A stretch of 64,000 bases of DNA, from assembly GCA_964016885.1 (NCBI GenBank), contig OZ024741.1:87978001-88042000 (forward strand), given 5' to 3'. The position numbers and the translations under genes are program-made. Under the pieces are notes generated by a model, which saw only the letters and a program-made list of their open reading frames with translations, did not search any database and was not told the DNA's origin. Below, piece by piece: positions 1 to 14,404 of the stretch (position 1 is its first letter; each line of letters starts with the position of its first letter). The stretch comes from Eledone cirrhosa (Eukaryota).

Positions 1-3000
1 ACAAAGTTGACCACAGATGCAAAAACGAATGCATATACACACCTACAACATATGAGCAATATGAGGTCATTCAGACATGTCTGGCCATGGACAGTGACAA
101 GCCGTTGAACCCATACCAGTGTGGAAAGCAGATATAAAATGATGATGATGAAACATAAATGCACAGACACATCCTCCATAGGCATTCAGTTGTTCAATCA
201 ACATGTTCGGCTCATTTTTTGTTTATATATATATACTAGTGGACAAGTGCCAGCAATAATGCATTGGATGCATTAATTTTTAGAGTCGAGGATTGATATA
301 CCATATATAGCATTGAACAATCACAAACTGGGGAATTTGTATTTTGATAAATTTATGGTTTGCATAAGAGAAACCCTTTAGTTTATGTTGATTACTGACA
401 TTTGGAAGCAATTAAAGAATATATTTTAAATATTTAATTTCTAGGATATGATTACAAAAATATTCAGCATGTATCTACAAATGGCAAGATTAAATGTAGG
501 AGTAAGTTTGAAGAAATATCTATTTACAGAGACAAACACATAATACAGAGTTTTTCAAAATACAGATCCCAATCCACTGGATTACAACATTAGGAAAAAC
601 ATCTACAGATATGCTTCAAGATGTGGGTCGCAGTAAAAAAGATTTGAAAAACACTACTCTAGTCTATATACAATACCTGGTAAATGAAACATTTCCCCAG
701 GTCAAGATAACCTTTCACATAGACAACAAATAAAATATCTAATTTCCTTAAAAAATCTGGCAGATACAATTTTCTTACCATCCAATTCACAGTAACGTCT
801 GAAATGTATAGTGTAACATTCAACTAAATAAAGGTCATCCATGTTTAAATTTGCCTCTAAACAAAGACTAATCTATTAAAGATTGAAAATGTCCAACTAG
901 TTCAACAAGTAACCTGAAGAAATTGTATGTTATTTTAAATTTAGAAACTACTGATAAGATTGTTCATGTTTCACCAATCATGGAAGTTCATGTATGAAGA
1001 TACTTTTATCTTTATAATTCAAGAATGGTCACATGTCTGAAACAAGAACAGCTATATATCTGACTTAACCATCTCCTGACTATATTTCTAATGAAATACA
1101 TTCAATTTCAGTTAATGAATCTAGAATTTGGAGAGATTTACTAAAATTATTAATTATTCCATTACTAAGAAAGAAAATTATGTTGGAAGACTTTCTTTTA
1201 AATAAATCCAACCCAGGCAAGCGTGGAAAAACAACTGTAAAAATAATGATGATGAAGTACCCTTTAAAATGGGTGGCTTCGTATCCTAGAATCAGAGCCG
1301 GTTTGGGTTGGTATAAAAAAAAGTTAAATGCATAGCTGAGACAGTTCTTTTTTTGGAGAGTTTTTACTGTACTTACTTTCATCATCTTCCTTTGCTAATA
1401 TCATTTATCCTGTTACTATATTTTCTTGTTTTATAAATCTTTTTTTTGTTCCTGGGTTCAGTGATCCACTGATGTCTCAGATGGGCCAGGAATCCACATC
1501 TTGCTTACATATGTCCCTGTACTTTACAGATAACACCAAGTGCATTTTATCATGGCACCAGTACTAGGGAGGTTGTCGTGTCTTTAAACATAACTGAAAA
1601 GTCTAGTTTTCTATAACTGGATACCCTTCCTATCACCAATCACATACTGACTGTACTGGGTGCGTTTTATCATGTCACCAACAACTGAAGTGGCAAATAT
1701 AATGTTGTGCATGTGCAGCCATTTATTAATTACATAATAATTATAAACAAAATAAAACAGGTATAGTAGTAAATAGAACACATAGAGGATCCAAATGGAG
1801 TTTCATTTCCTCCAGGATAACAAACTGGTTTGAAAGTCATGATGGCTGCATATTTCAGACGTAGTGAAGATTTAAATGTAGCAGGAACTAAGACATGTGG
1901 AGGATCTTAATTCTTAACATCTTGAAATGATTTAGCAGAAAAATATCTAAAAGCCAGCTTGTTAATTCAAATGTTTATAGTATCTTAAAGAATGGACAGA
2001 TCATTGTGAAAATTTGCAATATTATTATGCAATCAGTACTGTTTTGTATTTTTCAAGAATGTCTTTCTTGTGGACACACAAAAATAGCATGAGCTAAGTA
2101 TATATGCCACTCAATGTCCTTCACCTGGCCATCTTCAATACTAGTCTATGACATGACATGTCTGATAATTTGTAAAGCCTAACAAGAACTTGATTGAAAT
2201 TAAATCCCCATTCTTCATTGTCCACTTTGAAGGGTGACCTCAGAGCTATATTTTCTGTTTAAATATCCACTTTATTCAAATAATTAGTCAATTAGTAAAT
2301 TAGAAGGAATTAATGGTTAAGTAAAATAAAATAATGGGAATTTTAGGTGAAACCAGTTAATGAATAATCCAGACTATGTCAGTTAATGCCCTACTTTACC
2401 TCTTACTGCATTATATAATATTAGTTTGTTTTAACATTTCTATTTTTCTCTGTTTTCACTGATTACTATCGCTGAAACAGAATTTATACCAAGTGTAGAG
2501 AGCCTGTAGCTATTGAGTGTTGTCTTTGAAAAATTTCTGGATTTTGCATTTTAAAAATGTATATTTGTTGATTGTATAATATATTTTTTTAATTTGAAAA
2601 TAATCAAGAATTTGGAGGGAATTAGATACATAACTAACTTTATCATTATTAAACTGTTTGGAACATAACTCATTTTTTATAAAATTATGATGAAAGGTTT
2701 TTAGATACATATAAACACTTTAAAATACAGTTTTGTAGCAAAAGGGTTAACCCTTTAACATTTAGATTACTTTATATTTACTATTGTATTTTCACAGTAA
2801 AAGCTTTATTTCACATAATATCAAACTATGAGATTTTGATGTTATTTATTTTGAGAACAATACCTTAACATCAGTATGAGTGGCCAGTTATGACCAGTTT
2901 GAACAGAAAGCTATGAGAGAATTCCGGTCACATACGGCTGGTTTAAATATCAGTTTACATTTTTATCTTTTACTTCAATATTTATAATTATTACATTTTC

Positions 3001-3129
3001 ACAATAAATGTAATTACATTTTTCTGTATGTTTAATAAAATTCTTTAATACAGCCATAGCCATTGCTGTTAAGTTTCCACATTGTGTCCAAATAGTCCTT
3101 CATTCTCAAATCATATGTACAGCAACAGT

Positions 3130-3365
3130 GTGGAGGTGTGTGGCTTAGTGGTTAGGGTATTTAGTTCATGATCAAAACATCAAGAGTTCAATTACCAGCA
3201 GTGCTTTGTGTCCATCAGCAAAACTTTTTATTTCACTTAGCTTCAGTCCACCCAGTTGCAGAAAAAATGAGTTATACCTATGATTCAAAGAGCCAACCAT
3301 GTCACTGTTATGCTGAATCGTCTCGAGAATTACACTAAGGGTACAAATGTCTGTAGAATGCTCAG
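3130..3365 (+). mobile_element. tRNA-derived SINE, second family (other copies ~25140-25380 and ~31755-31915)
   Basis: TGGCTTAGTGGTTAGG A-box, degenerate B-box, shared body (tttatttcac...ccagtccac.cagctg...caaagggccagcc). Confidence 0.7.
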
Positions 3366-3600
3366 TAAAGTACTTTCCCTTCCTCCAAATTGACGCTGTC
3401 CCAATATTCGGCAGATTGGCTGAATTGGTAGAGCGTCAGACATGCTTAGCAGCATAGAGTTACAGCCCTCTACATTCTGAGTTCAAATTCCGCTGAGGTT
3501 AGCTTTACAGGGTCGATAAAATAAAGTACCAGTAAGCACTGGGGTCAATTTAATTGACTTTCCCTTCCCCTAAAAAATTGTTGGCCTTGTGTCTAAATCA

Positions 3601-4611
3601 TCATCATTTTACGTCCGCTTTTCCCTGCTTGCAAGGGTGGGACGGGTCTTATTCAGCACAGCATCTCTCCACTGTGAGCTTCAATGATCTGAGGTCTGTT
3701 CTCACCACCTCCGCCCATGTTTTTCGTGGTCTACCTCTACCACATCTTCCTTCAACTGGCATTTCCTGGCACTTCTTCACCCATCGGTCATCCTCCATGC
3801 GCATCACATGTCCATACCACCTGTCTCCTCTCCCGTACACTACATTCTATCCCTCTCAGACACAGTTTCTCTCTCAACACATTTATGCTGGGTCGTTCAC
3901 GCACATTTACACTGCACATCCAACGGAGCATGCTTGCCTCATTTCTCTCCAGCCGTCGCATATCCTCTGCAGTTGCTGCCCATGTCTCACTACCATGCAG
4001 CATCGCGCCCCTCACACAGGCATCATACAACCGGCCTTTCGTACGCAGGGAGAACCCCTTCTTCGTCAACAGAGGAAGCAGCTCCCTAAACTTCTTCCAA
4101 CCTGTCCTTATTCTAGATACTATGGCCTCGGAACATCCTCCTCCCATGCTAATCTGATCTCTTAGGTACCGGAAGCTATCCACCACTTCTATAGCGCCCT
4201 CCTGCATTTGAAAAATGTGTCTATCAATGCGACTTCTACTGTCTAATTTCCCTGTACATCTACTGCATACATATTTCTCCCTACCTGTTAGTTTGCCTGC
4301 TATCCCGCTACATCTCTTGTGTACCCAGGATCTGCATTGTGTGCATTTTATAGAATTTATGCCAGTTCCTTTTCTGCATATCGAACATGGCCATTTCCCT
4401 GACGGAATCAGGGTTTTGTCCTCTTTTCTACTCATCAACACTTTTGTCTTAGCTAGATTCACTCTCAGTCCTCTTGCTTCCAACTGCTGTTTCCATAGCC
4501 AGAATTTATTCTCTAGCTCCTCTACTGATTCTGCTATAAGAACCAGATCGTCAGCATAGAGAAGTTCCCATGGACAGCCAGTCTTAAACTCCTCTGTTAT
4601 GGCTTGGAGGA
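3601..4611 (-). mobile_element. 5'-truncated RTE-clade LINE (RT C-terminal part with PHD-type finger), frameshifted, short 3' UTR
   Basis: ELLYADDL, GLRVNLAKTKV, RWYGHVMRM, RGRGRPRKTW motifs; (ATG)n tail; TSD CTAAATCA at 3593-3600 and 4612-4619. Inserted into the tail of a SINE. Confidence 0.9.
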
Positions 4612-6795
4612 CTAAATCAGAAACTAATATTAGAAAGAATTATTATGAGGGTGATAGAGTGGCAGAATCATTAGAATGTTGGACAGACTTCCTTGCAGCA
4701 TTTATTCTGAATCTTTATACTCTGAGTTTAAATCCTGCCAATGTTGATACAATACAGTACCATTCAAGTAGTGATGTCAATATAATTGACTGTTCCCCTC
4801 CTCTCTTTGTGTTTATTTTGGAAACAAGTAGTATTCTGAAGGTAAGTGAAATGGCAGAAATGTTAGACAAAATATTTATTTTGCAGTATTTTTTTCAGCT
4901 CTTTTATGTTCTGAGTTCTCTGAGTTCATACCTTGCCATGGTCAACTTCTTTGCCTTTCAACCTAACAGGGGAAAGATGAGGGGGTTGATAAAATAAAGT
5001 ACCAGTCAACTACTGGGGTTGATATAATCAACTTTCCTTGCCCCCACCCCCAGAAATGCTGGCCTTATGCCTAAATTATTATCAATATTATTATTTACTA
5101 TCACTACTATTAAGTGATCTAGAAACCAATTAATTTGATAAGTTAGTTCTAAAGTGAGGCATGTGTACATCCAATGCATATTTTCATCAATATGGAACAT
5201 TGACTGAGGTGTAGAAAACAAAGTGGCAACATCTGCTACCATAATACATCTCTATTCATTAGATAAACTAAGTTCTAAATTTATACTTATTTTCAGTAGT
5301 TTAACAACTAATAAAACTTTACAATACAAGCTAGAAATCAAACTGTTTCGTTTTTAGGGTTATACAGTCTTTTTTTCATACTAGCTTGTGTATGGAATGG
5401 TATTTCTATTTATTTGAAAATATATACAATTTAGATATTTTCCAACTAACTATTCAAACCAATTAATGTTCTTCCTACTACTAACACTCTGAAACAGATA
5501 TGGCACCTGATTATCAGTCATATGCCATGCCCAGCTGTCTGTCTGATTAAATAATGTCCTTGCTGGGCAGGGTGAGTGATTAGGTGTTAGATAAATGACA
5601 GAAAAGAAAGAAGTAATGGAGCTAGAAGAGGGGCGGGTAGGAGAATGAGAGATTTAGAGAGAAATAAATGGATAGTGTATATTCAATAAAATATTTCATG
5701 CAGGTAATCAATAACACAAGTATGGTATGTAGAATTAGCTATCTGGAAGCCTCTGTAGAGTCACTCAACAAATTCTATGTAGAAACCAGATCTCCCTTAA
5801 AGTAGAAATACCCAACATAGTATAAATGTCAGATGCTTTGTTAAACTGACTACACCCACTAGAGAATGCCTACTTCAGACTATTTACTGTGTCAAACTCT
5901 ATGCTACCAAACCACTATGGTCAATATCTACTTCAAACTACTGCTCTTGTTCTTGTACTTTTACTGGAGTTCACCCTGTTGTAAGCATTTAAACTGTAAC
6001 TCCATATGGAGTCGTATGAGTGTCAGTGATATCTATGGCATTTTAAAATCTGGTAGAGCCCATCCTCTCTCCAAGTCTGAGCACAGCCAATTTCTTCCAG
6101 AGAAGAATTGACCCCAGCACTGAACTGGAACTTTTTTTTATCAATCTCGACAGGATGAATGACAAAGTTGATCTTGAGAGAGGTTTTTAACTCAGAGAGC
6201 TGGAATGAGTACTGCAAAGCATTCTATCTGATATTCTAACAACACTGCCAATTTGCAAGTCTCAGAAATCCTGAAAAAGTTATGGATGCTCCCCTTCTGA
6301 CTAAGCGATAAAAAAAATATCTATTATCTTAAATGTTGGCATGGAATGTAATATTGAAGAAATGAAACATACAGCACAATAAAATATGAATCAAATCTGT
6401 ACTTCAAGCAGTATGATAGTTGAAAGTCAGTCAGTATATCACAAGAAAATCTCTATAAACTTGATATTGTTCAACTAATAAACTGCTAGATTCCAAAAGC
6501 AAACCAAAACAAAAGCTTCATTTTTTAACAGCTATGTAATATTTAACCAGCTTTGCCTAACTGCATGACCAGAAGTTCTACTGAGCTATAAATCTATTAA
6601 TAACCTTATTCAAACTTTTTTGAGGAAACAAATATCTCCTTTTTCATAACAAAAGTTTTATTAAGAATTTGACTTCTTTTTCTTGTTTTCTTCAAAGATT
6701 TACATTTATTTTATATACTTTTGTAAAATGTAACATTCACTTAGCTTATTGTTAGTAAAACACAACATCAAGATACAAAGTTATACATATCTATA

Positions 6796-7581
6796 CCATA
6801 TATACTTGAATATAAGCTGACCCTCCCACTATTTTATGGCTGAGAAGTGGGAAAAAATCAGAACCCCATTTATAAGCTGAGGCAGCTAATCAACACATTA
6901 TGGTGCTTTTTTGAAATTCTCATGAGTGGAAAAAATATTTACGAAGTTTTAATATTTTGATATTTTAAATATTTTAAGTGTCATTTTAGAGTATAGTTTT
7001 TGTTTCACAAATCCACTACATTATGACATTTTTACCATTTCATCTGTTTTATAAAGTTTTTTTTTTACTCTTGGCTAGTCAAATGCTGGGAGTATTTCGC
7101 TTTTTTCTTTAAGCAGACAATAGCGCCATTTCCTAAATGTAACAGATTTTTTTATTTAATATACACATCAAATAAAATGCGTAAGATGAAAAACTTAGAA
7201 ACAATTTAACGTTGCACAAGTATTAAAGCTTTAGGTAGATTTTTTACAGCAAGCGAGACAAATAAAACAAAACAGGATTGAAAGAAAAAGTATAATTACT
7301 TAAGTCAGAGACAAACAGTCGCCGCACGTGTTTATTGTTTATGTGTAGGGGATATTTATGCATTAAAAAGTTCAAATAATAAAACTCTAGGAATATTCTC
7401 TTGGCAATGCATAAATAAAACCCCTTACAATATCGGAAATGTAGAAAACAGTGTTACGTTGTGAAATAATTACTACAGTTATTTTAGTATCTTATTTACA
7501 TAGAATTTGAAGTTGGTGAAAATCGTCCAAATATCAATTTTTTGGTCACACATTCCTCTGCTTATATTCAAGTATATACAG
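6796..7581. mobile_element. Non-autonomous TcMar (Tc2/pogo-like) element
   Basis: TIRs ccatatatacttgaatataagc / gcttatattcaagtatatacag, flanked by TA on both sides. Confidence 0.8.
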
Positions 7582-8390
7582 TATATATCAATATCAAAAT
7601 GTTGAAGTAGTTAAAATTATATGTAAATAGCTCCAATAACAAAAATAATCTAACAAAAAAAAAAAAAGCTGTTTTCAAAGTAATTTGTAGAAATACCAAA
7701 CACACCTAAACCTTCTCTAAGTATTTATATTGTAGACCCATAACTTCTGGTGGAGTTTGTAGGAGCACTGTTATGCCATACAGCATGTCTTGGGCATTTT
7801 AAACGGGGTGGAACCTATCCATCTCCAGATATCAACAATGCCAATTTCTTCCAGAGAAGGAGAAAATGGGAAAGAGATATAGAATAATTAATCCCAGTAC
7901 TTGACTGGTACTTTTTTATCAACCCTGACAGGAGGAAAGGCACTGTTGACCATGGTGAGTTTTGAACTCAGAGTGCAGAGAGCCGGAACGAATACCAAAT
8001 CATTTTATCTGCTAATTCGCCAAGTCCTTCTCTAAATACATAAACAACAGTTTTCAATAGGTTTTTTTTTTTATGTAATAATAATAATCTTCTCTGTAAT
8101 GAATTTGGAAAATGGTTAATTTAAGTTATAAGAAAACTAATTATTTATTGTATCATTAATTGCATCAATGAAATTTGGGAGTGAAATTGCAATGAATAAG
8201 CAACAATAGTAATTCAAGGAAATATGAAATAAATAAGAAATTAGGTCAAGCTTCTCAACTAAAATAGCTATAGCAAGGATAACTTATCAGGTTTCTAAGC
8301 AAATATAAATTGGGTTCTATAAAAGAATCAAATAAAAGAACTAGCCATGGAGTGCCATGGTGCTGATGTACTTTAAATAAAATACTCTTG

Positions 8391-9197
8391 GATGGAAGAA
8401 GTTTAGGGAACTACTACCACTGCTAGCTGCAAAAGGCTTCTCCCTCAGAATGAAAGGCAGACTGTATGATGCGTGTATCCGAACAGCGATGTTGCATGGT
8501 AGTGAGACCTGGGCGCTGAAGGTGGAAGACTTACGTAGATTAGAGAGAAACGAAGCCTGCATGCTCCGATGGATGTGTAACAGTAATATACGTGAACGAC
8601 AAAGCATAAAGGAATTGAGAGAGAGACTGAGCATAAGAGGAATCAAATGCTGCGTGCAGGGGAGGCGGTTACGCTGGTATGGACATGTGATGCGTATGAA
8701 GGATGACAGCTGCATAAAAAGGTGCAGAGCACTAGAAGTTGATGGAAACCGCGGAGTGGGGAGACCCAAGATGACTTGGGATGAGGTGATAAAAGCCGAC
8801 CTTACCCAACTACACCTCTCAAAGTCAATGACACACGACCGTGACTTCTGGCGTCACGCAGTAATACAGGGTACCCGACCTCCCATGGGTACATGCTGAA
8901 GCATATAAACAATATGCCCCCCCCCCCCCCCGCAAGGTGGTCGTGGAGGTGCCACGGCAAAAAAGCACCCAGCCCACACTGTAAAGTGGACGTGTAGGCG
9001 CCACGAAAAAGCACCCAGCACTCACTGTAAATGAGGTTGGTGTTAGGAAGGGCATCCAGCTGTAGAAATCAAGCCAGATCAGTTCCTGTATGAGCAAGGC
9101 ATGGTCAGCCGACCAGACACTGCCCACAACAGGACAACCCGTCTAACCCATGCTAGCGTGGAAGAACGGACGTAAAACGGTGATGATGATGATGATG
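8391..9197 (+). mobile_element. 5'-truncated young RTE-clade LINE
   Basis: Open ORF end (LHGSETWA...LRWYGHVMRM...GRPKMTW), ~300-nt 3' UTR, (TGA)n tail, TSD ACTCTTG at 8384-8390 and 9198-9204. Confidence 0.92.
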
Positions 9198-12100
9198 ACT
9201 CTTGTTGAATAGCCAGTATCTTCATAGAACAACCAACTCAAACCAAAAACGTTCTGGGAGCTAGCAAGTATTAAAGTATGTAAGAATAAGCCAACTTGTT
9301 GATTTACAAGGTCATAACCTAAGATAATCTATACATTCTTTAGTAGTTTGGGGTTTGTGTTCTGCATAGTCTGGATATCTTGATGAGGCATAAGCAGGCA
9401 TAGTTGTGTGGTTAGGTTCCCTTCACAGCGACATAGATTTTGGATTAACCCCAGTGTGTGACACATTGGGCAAATGTTTTTTATAGTGTCAGACAGCTAA
9501 AGACTTTATTTCCTAGCCTAAATTGACTTAATTTCTATTCACTAAGAGACTAGTAGTACAAAACACAAAGAATAACTCAAATTGTCTCAAGCATGCAATA
9601 AATTGGTATCTGAAATAGATTTCTCTGTTTGAAGAGCTGCCTAGTAAAAGGCTCCAAAATATTAACAAAGAAAGAAAGAAAGAAAAAAATGAAAATGTAA
9701 ATGCTTCCTTATACTTGAGGTGATTTTAAGGTCCAGGGCTGAGCTCTGGTTTCATGGTAGATGTTTGCGACATCTCCTGGATATGATCTCTGTCTATCAC
9801 TATGAATTTTTGAAAATATTAAAATCTAACTTCTAATGTTTTTCTTTGTTGGAGAGCATCCAAATGAAACATGTTGATACCTCATTTGTGAAATTTGGAT
9901 GAATATTTAAGGAAATAGGACGATTTGGATGGTCAGCAAATTGGTTGAAATCTTGCCTAATTAGGCCTAAATGAATAATTAGCCATATTTGTGATGTTAT
10001 ATCTTTGAAACTGAAGTGATAACCATTTTCAAATTATACAAATTAATAGTATCCATGGGATAGCAGTTGCTTATTTTTTTTTCAGGTTCTTGAAAATGGA
10101 ACATTTTTGGGGGGCAATTTTTAAAATACTTATCTAAAGCCTATTTTGTTGCATATAACAGTCAATTATGTGACACAAGCTGAAGCTTTACATGTGTTTT
10201 CAGACTTTAATTCGGCCATTTCTTGAAAGTCTGGCTCAAACTCAACATTTGGAGCTTTGTATTCATGTTTTGTTTCAGCTCTCGCTGCTCAGGAATATGC
10301 CATTTCAACAAGTAGCGTCAATGTGTTACAAATACGAACATCTATGGTTATCCTCATTGACTTTGTGCTTTTGCGCCATCTCATAGCCAGAATCGGCAAT
10401 GGTAGCATTGAATTAGTGAGAAAGTTTTCTTTCTTATGGTATAAAAATCTTGAAGAAAATATGTTCTTTTCTAAGTGAAAATTAACGATTAAATTTTCAC
10501 TTTTATATTTTATAACAATTATCTGACCTACTCCCTTTGATTTTTATATCAAAATAAAGCAAAAAAATCTCCTCGTTATGACTCATTTTCAACACAAATC
10601 AAGCTATAGTGCTCCAATGCATTGAACTAGAACTAGCGTTACCATTCAGCAGTCAAAAATGAAAATGGGTATTAATACAAGAGTGATTGAAGGGATCTGG
10701 CATGATATGTAAGTGTTGGATTTTGATCAAAAGCATATGAGAAGAAAGTTCACACCCAGAACTTCCAAATGATATATAGTTGTCCACAGAAAAAATGTAT
10801 TTTGACATGAAAAAGATCAAGCAAAAAGTGGATTTTTGCATAGCCTGTGCTTGTCATCCCTTCCTGGAGCTCTACTGTGATACCTAATCACAGGTAACAT
10901 TCCTAAATCATCTTGACAAATGAACTGAGAAAATATCAAATAAAATGTTTAACTCTTTTGTTACCAACCCAGCCAAAACAAAAACCACCCACATTAAAAG
11001 GTTCTTATTTAAATTAACATCTTCCAATGTAATTTTAAATAAGTACCATATGTCAAGTTACTTAGTAAAACCCTCAAAAAAAATCTACATTCATTAATTG
11101 AAACAGAGTATATTTCATTAGTAATATGGTCATGAAGAGGTTAATAAGCTATTTCTATGAATTCAAGAAACTGCATAGAGGAGCTTTCAATAGAAGTTAA
11201 AAGTAAAAATAAGACACACAATTAGCTTATCTATCTCAGTAATAACACTGCCATTACTCAGCTATCTTTAGTCTATACAGATATGATCTACCTATAAAAT
11301 ACAGGCATGATCTACCTGTAAAATGAGTGTCAGATTCTAGTAGCTACAAAGGTACGTTAGTTTTACAAGCTTCAACCAAAGCAGTCAGTAATATAAGTAA
11401 GAAATACTAGCACCACCTGATGAGTAGCTGGTTGGTGCAACAGATCCCTCCATCAACACCTACCACCCACCAGTACATCTTAGAGCAGAAGAAGTGATGT
11501 TGAAAAACGGATAGTACTCACAATTCAATCAATACCAAATATTAGTGCAATGATACAAACAGAAAAATCAATAGTGAAAAGCTGATTTATTTCTTGCACA
11601 AAAAAAATTCTACATCTAAAAAAACAATGAAATAATGAAATAAAAACAAGCCCCATAAGTAAATACTGTTGTTGACAGAAAGATAAGAAACTGGTTAAAT
11701 TTAATCTATTCAAAGAACACAATTTTAAAATGTTATTTCTAAGCATTAGGACCCTTCAGTCATGGTATAATAACTTCTTTAGTGCTGGCTGTAGAAACCA
11801 TGCCAAAAAAAGATTGAGAGAACTCTTCAGTTGTGTCAAAAGCATTTTGTTACCAACCTAGCCAAAACAAAACTACCCACTAGTGTTGGTGCCACAAAAT
11901 ACACACTGTAAAATGGTTGGTGATAAGAAGAGCATCCAGCCATAGAAAACTTGCCAAAGTACTCTTCAGTTGTGTCAAAAATATGACAACTTTCCTAGTG
12001 CTGGTGCCAAATAAAACACTCAGTACACTCTGTAGAGTACATGAAGATATGTGAGATACACTCCCTAACCTGTCTGAGAAGTCAGTCGCTTTAGCTAAGT

Positions 12101-14404
12101 ATTGACTTAGTCTGTATCAACCCATCCAACCCTTCCTAACAGGGAAGATGAACATTAAATGATAATGATTCGGTACAGGATATGGCTGCATGACTAAGAA
12201 GTTTACTTTACTACCATATGGTTTCAGGTCCAATCTCACTACATATCACCCCAGGTAAATGTCTTTTACTATAGCTGTGGACTGAACAATGATTCATGAG
12301 TTAAATTTGATAGACGGAAATTATGCAGAAGCCCATATGTATATGTATGTATGTTTGTCTCTGCATGTCTTCATGCTGAAATTGCTCATGTCCTGCAGCT
12401 TAGTGCTTCGATGGGTGAAAAAAATAAGTTGGCAACATCTGGCTGTTGAATACAATATGAAACGTTTTGTCCAACCCAGTGGAGATTAAATGATAAATAA
12501 TTAATCAACTTCAAGTAATTTTACCACTAGCTTTCTTCTGCAAGAACAAAAACAATGAGTAAATGAGTATTGGTATCTATATTCAAGGATTATAGCTTCT
12601 TTAAATCTTCCCTTCATTATTTATCAAACCACAAGTATTCATAAAACAAATGCTCATCAATAGATTCTTCCAGTGTTGAAGAGATGAGAAGCAAATTTCA
12701 CCTTGGATAGAATGCTAGTGTATAACAGGAACTTCGATAAAAACATAATTATCTTGTTTGTTTTTTTTTGTATATTTAGGAATATATTGTTCAGTGCCTC
12801 TCTTTTTTAAGACATGAGGGTATGATTTGAAGGTGACATAGCTGTTATTTCTAGTAAAAGCGAGTGACTACTGAGAAGTTCATTCATATATTGAGAGAAA
12901 AATAAAGGAAAAATTCAACACAGAAATACAGTTACATGAACCATTTGTTACCTACTACAAAACCTGGAAATAACACACTACTATCACTACTTCATTCAGA
13001 TGGTATTATCAATGTTAATGAACTTAGGAACATTATTGTTCCTATTAATGCTGAGGAATGGCAGTATCGGTAAAGCATCAGATGCCATGCTTTGCACCAT
13101 AGAGTTATGGCCCTTTACATTCTGAGTTCAAATCCCACCGAGGTTAACTTTGCCTTTCATCCATACAGGGTCGATAAAATAAAGCACTTAATACACTGGG
13201 ATAATTGCTGGCCTTGTGCCAAAAGTAGAAACAATTATTGTTCCAAAACTAAACATAAAAAAGATGAAATTCAAACACATTCATGATTTCAATATAACGT
13301 TTGAAAGTAAAGCAGTTATACTTGCACACACATTCATGTGCATATTTCAGAAAACGTATATATGCAGGAAGGGCATCCAGTTGTGAAACTCCTTCCAACA
13401 TAAGCATGTAGATTGACCAATGATTGTATGTAACACCAATAGTAATAACAAGACTGACTCTACTATGTTGTAAAGTAGGCGTTAATGTCAGGTGTGAACA
13501 GCCTCCAACCATCACCAAGTAATCATATAACAGCTTTCTTCTTCTACCACTGTCACTGTCTGCATATTGAAAAATATGTCTTCTGAGATAGTTAAGATAC
13601 TAAAGCAAATGTGAGTGGATGTGGGTAGTGTAAATAGTGATATTGAGAGGTACTTTAGTCAGATTCCTCACATACAATGAATACAAAATACAAATTCTTT
13701 GAAGCAGGTAGCAGCTATACTCAAAATAAGAAAGTGGTTACATAATGTAACTAAGATACTAGGATAAATGAGTGAATAAATAAACTCTAATCATAGACAA
13801 CATTCAGTATCTTTAGGTTCCACCACGAGGATTAATATAAGGAGCAAATTGTAAGAGTCATTAGAACATCAGATAGACTAATTTGCAGTGTATACGCTCT
13901 GGCTCTTTGCAGTCTGAGTTCAAATACCGCCATGGTCAACTTTGCATTTCACTTTTTCGAGGTCATTAAATATAATACCAGTCCAGTACTAGAGTTGATT
14001 CTTCCTCTTACTTCCTTTATCGTCCTTCTTACTTCCTTTATCTCTCTGTCACCCTTTCTTTTTCTATGGAAGAAATTGGCTATGTTCAGGCTTGGAGAGG
14101 GATGGGCTACACAAAGTTTAAATATATCACAACAGTACATCAATGACTCCATCAGGAATTATGACCCCAACACTAAAATTAATGGATGAATAAAATTGGT
14201 TACTTGCACAAACCATCCTAAAAATTGATCAACAATAATAAAATACCATGATGTATATACTAGCGTGCATACAACCTATGATCAAAGACAAGTAAATGGG
14301 TGTGAATGTCAACCCTCACTTTTGTGAGGAATGTGGGCCCCAATACAGACTAGTAGTTAGCAACTTAAGGTTGAGTGAAAAAGTAAGAGTATTATAGAAA
14401 GTCC

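Noticed and set aside
3130-3500. tRNA-like A/B boxes as real tRNA genes
   Set aside because: No cloverleaf; each is followed by a repeated SINE body and is multi-copy and degenerate.
3554-4559. Several long plus-strand ORFs (also 8341-8769, 29514-30518, 42976-43848)
   Set aside because: Antisense or off-frame shadows of RTE coding sequence.
11585-11655. Strong minus-strand acceptor as PSMB2 exon 2
   Set aside because: In phase 1 it reads DVEFFLCKK* with no PSMB2 similarity.
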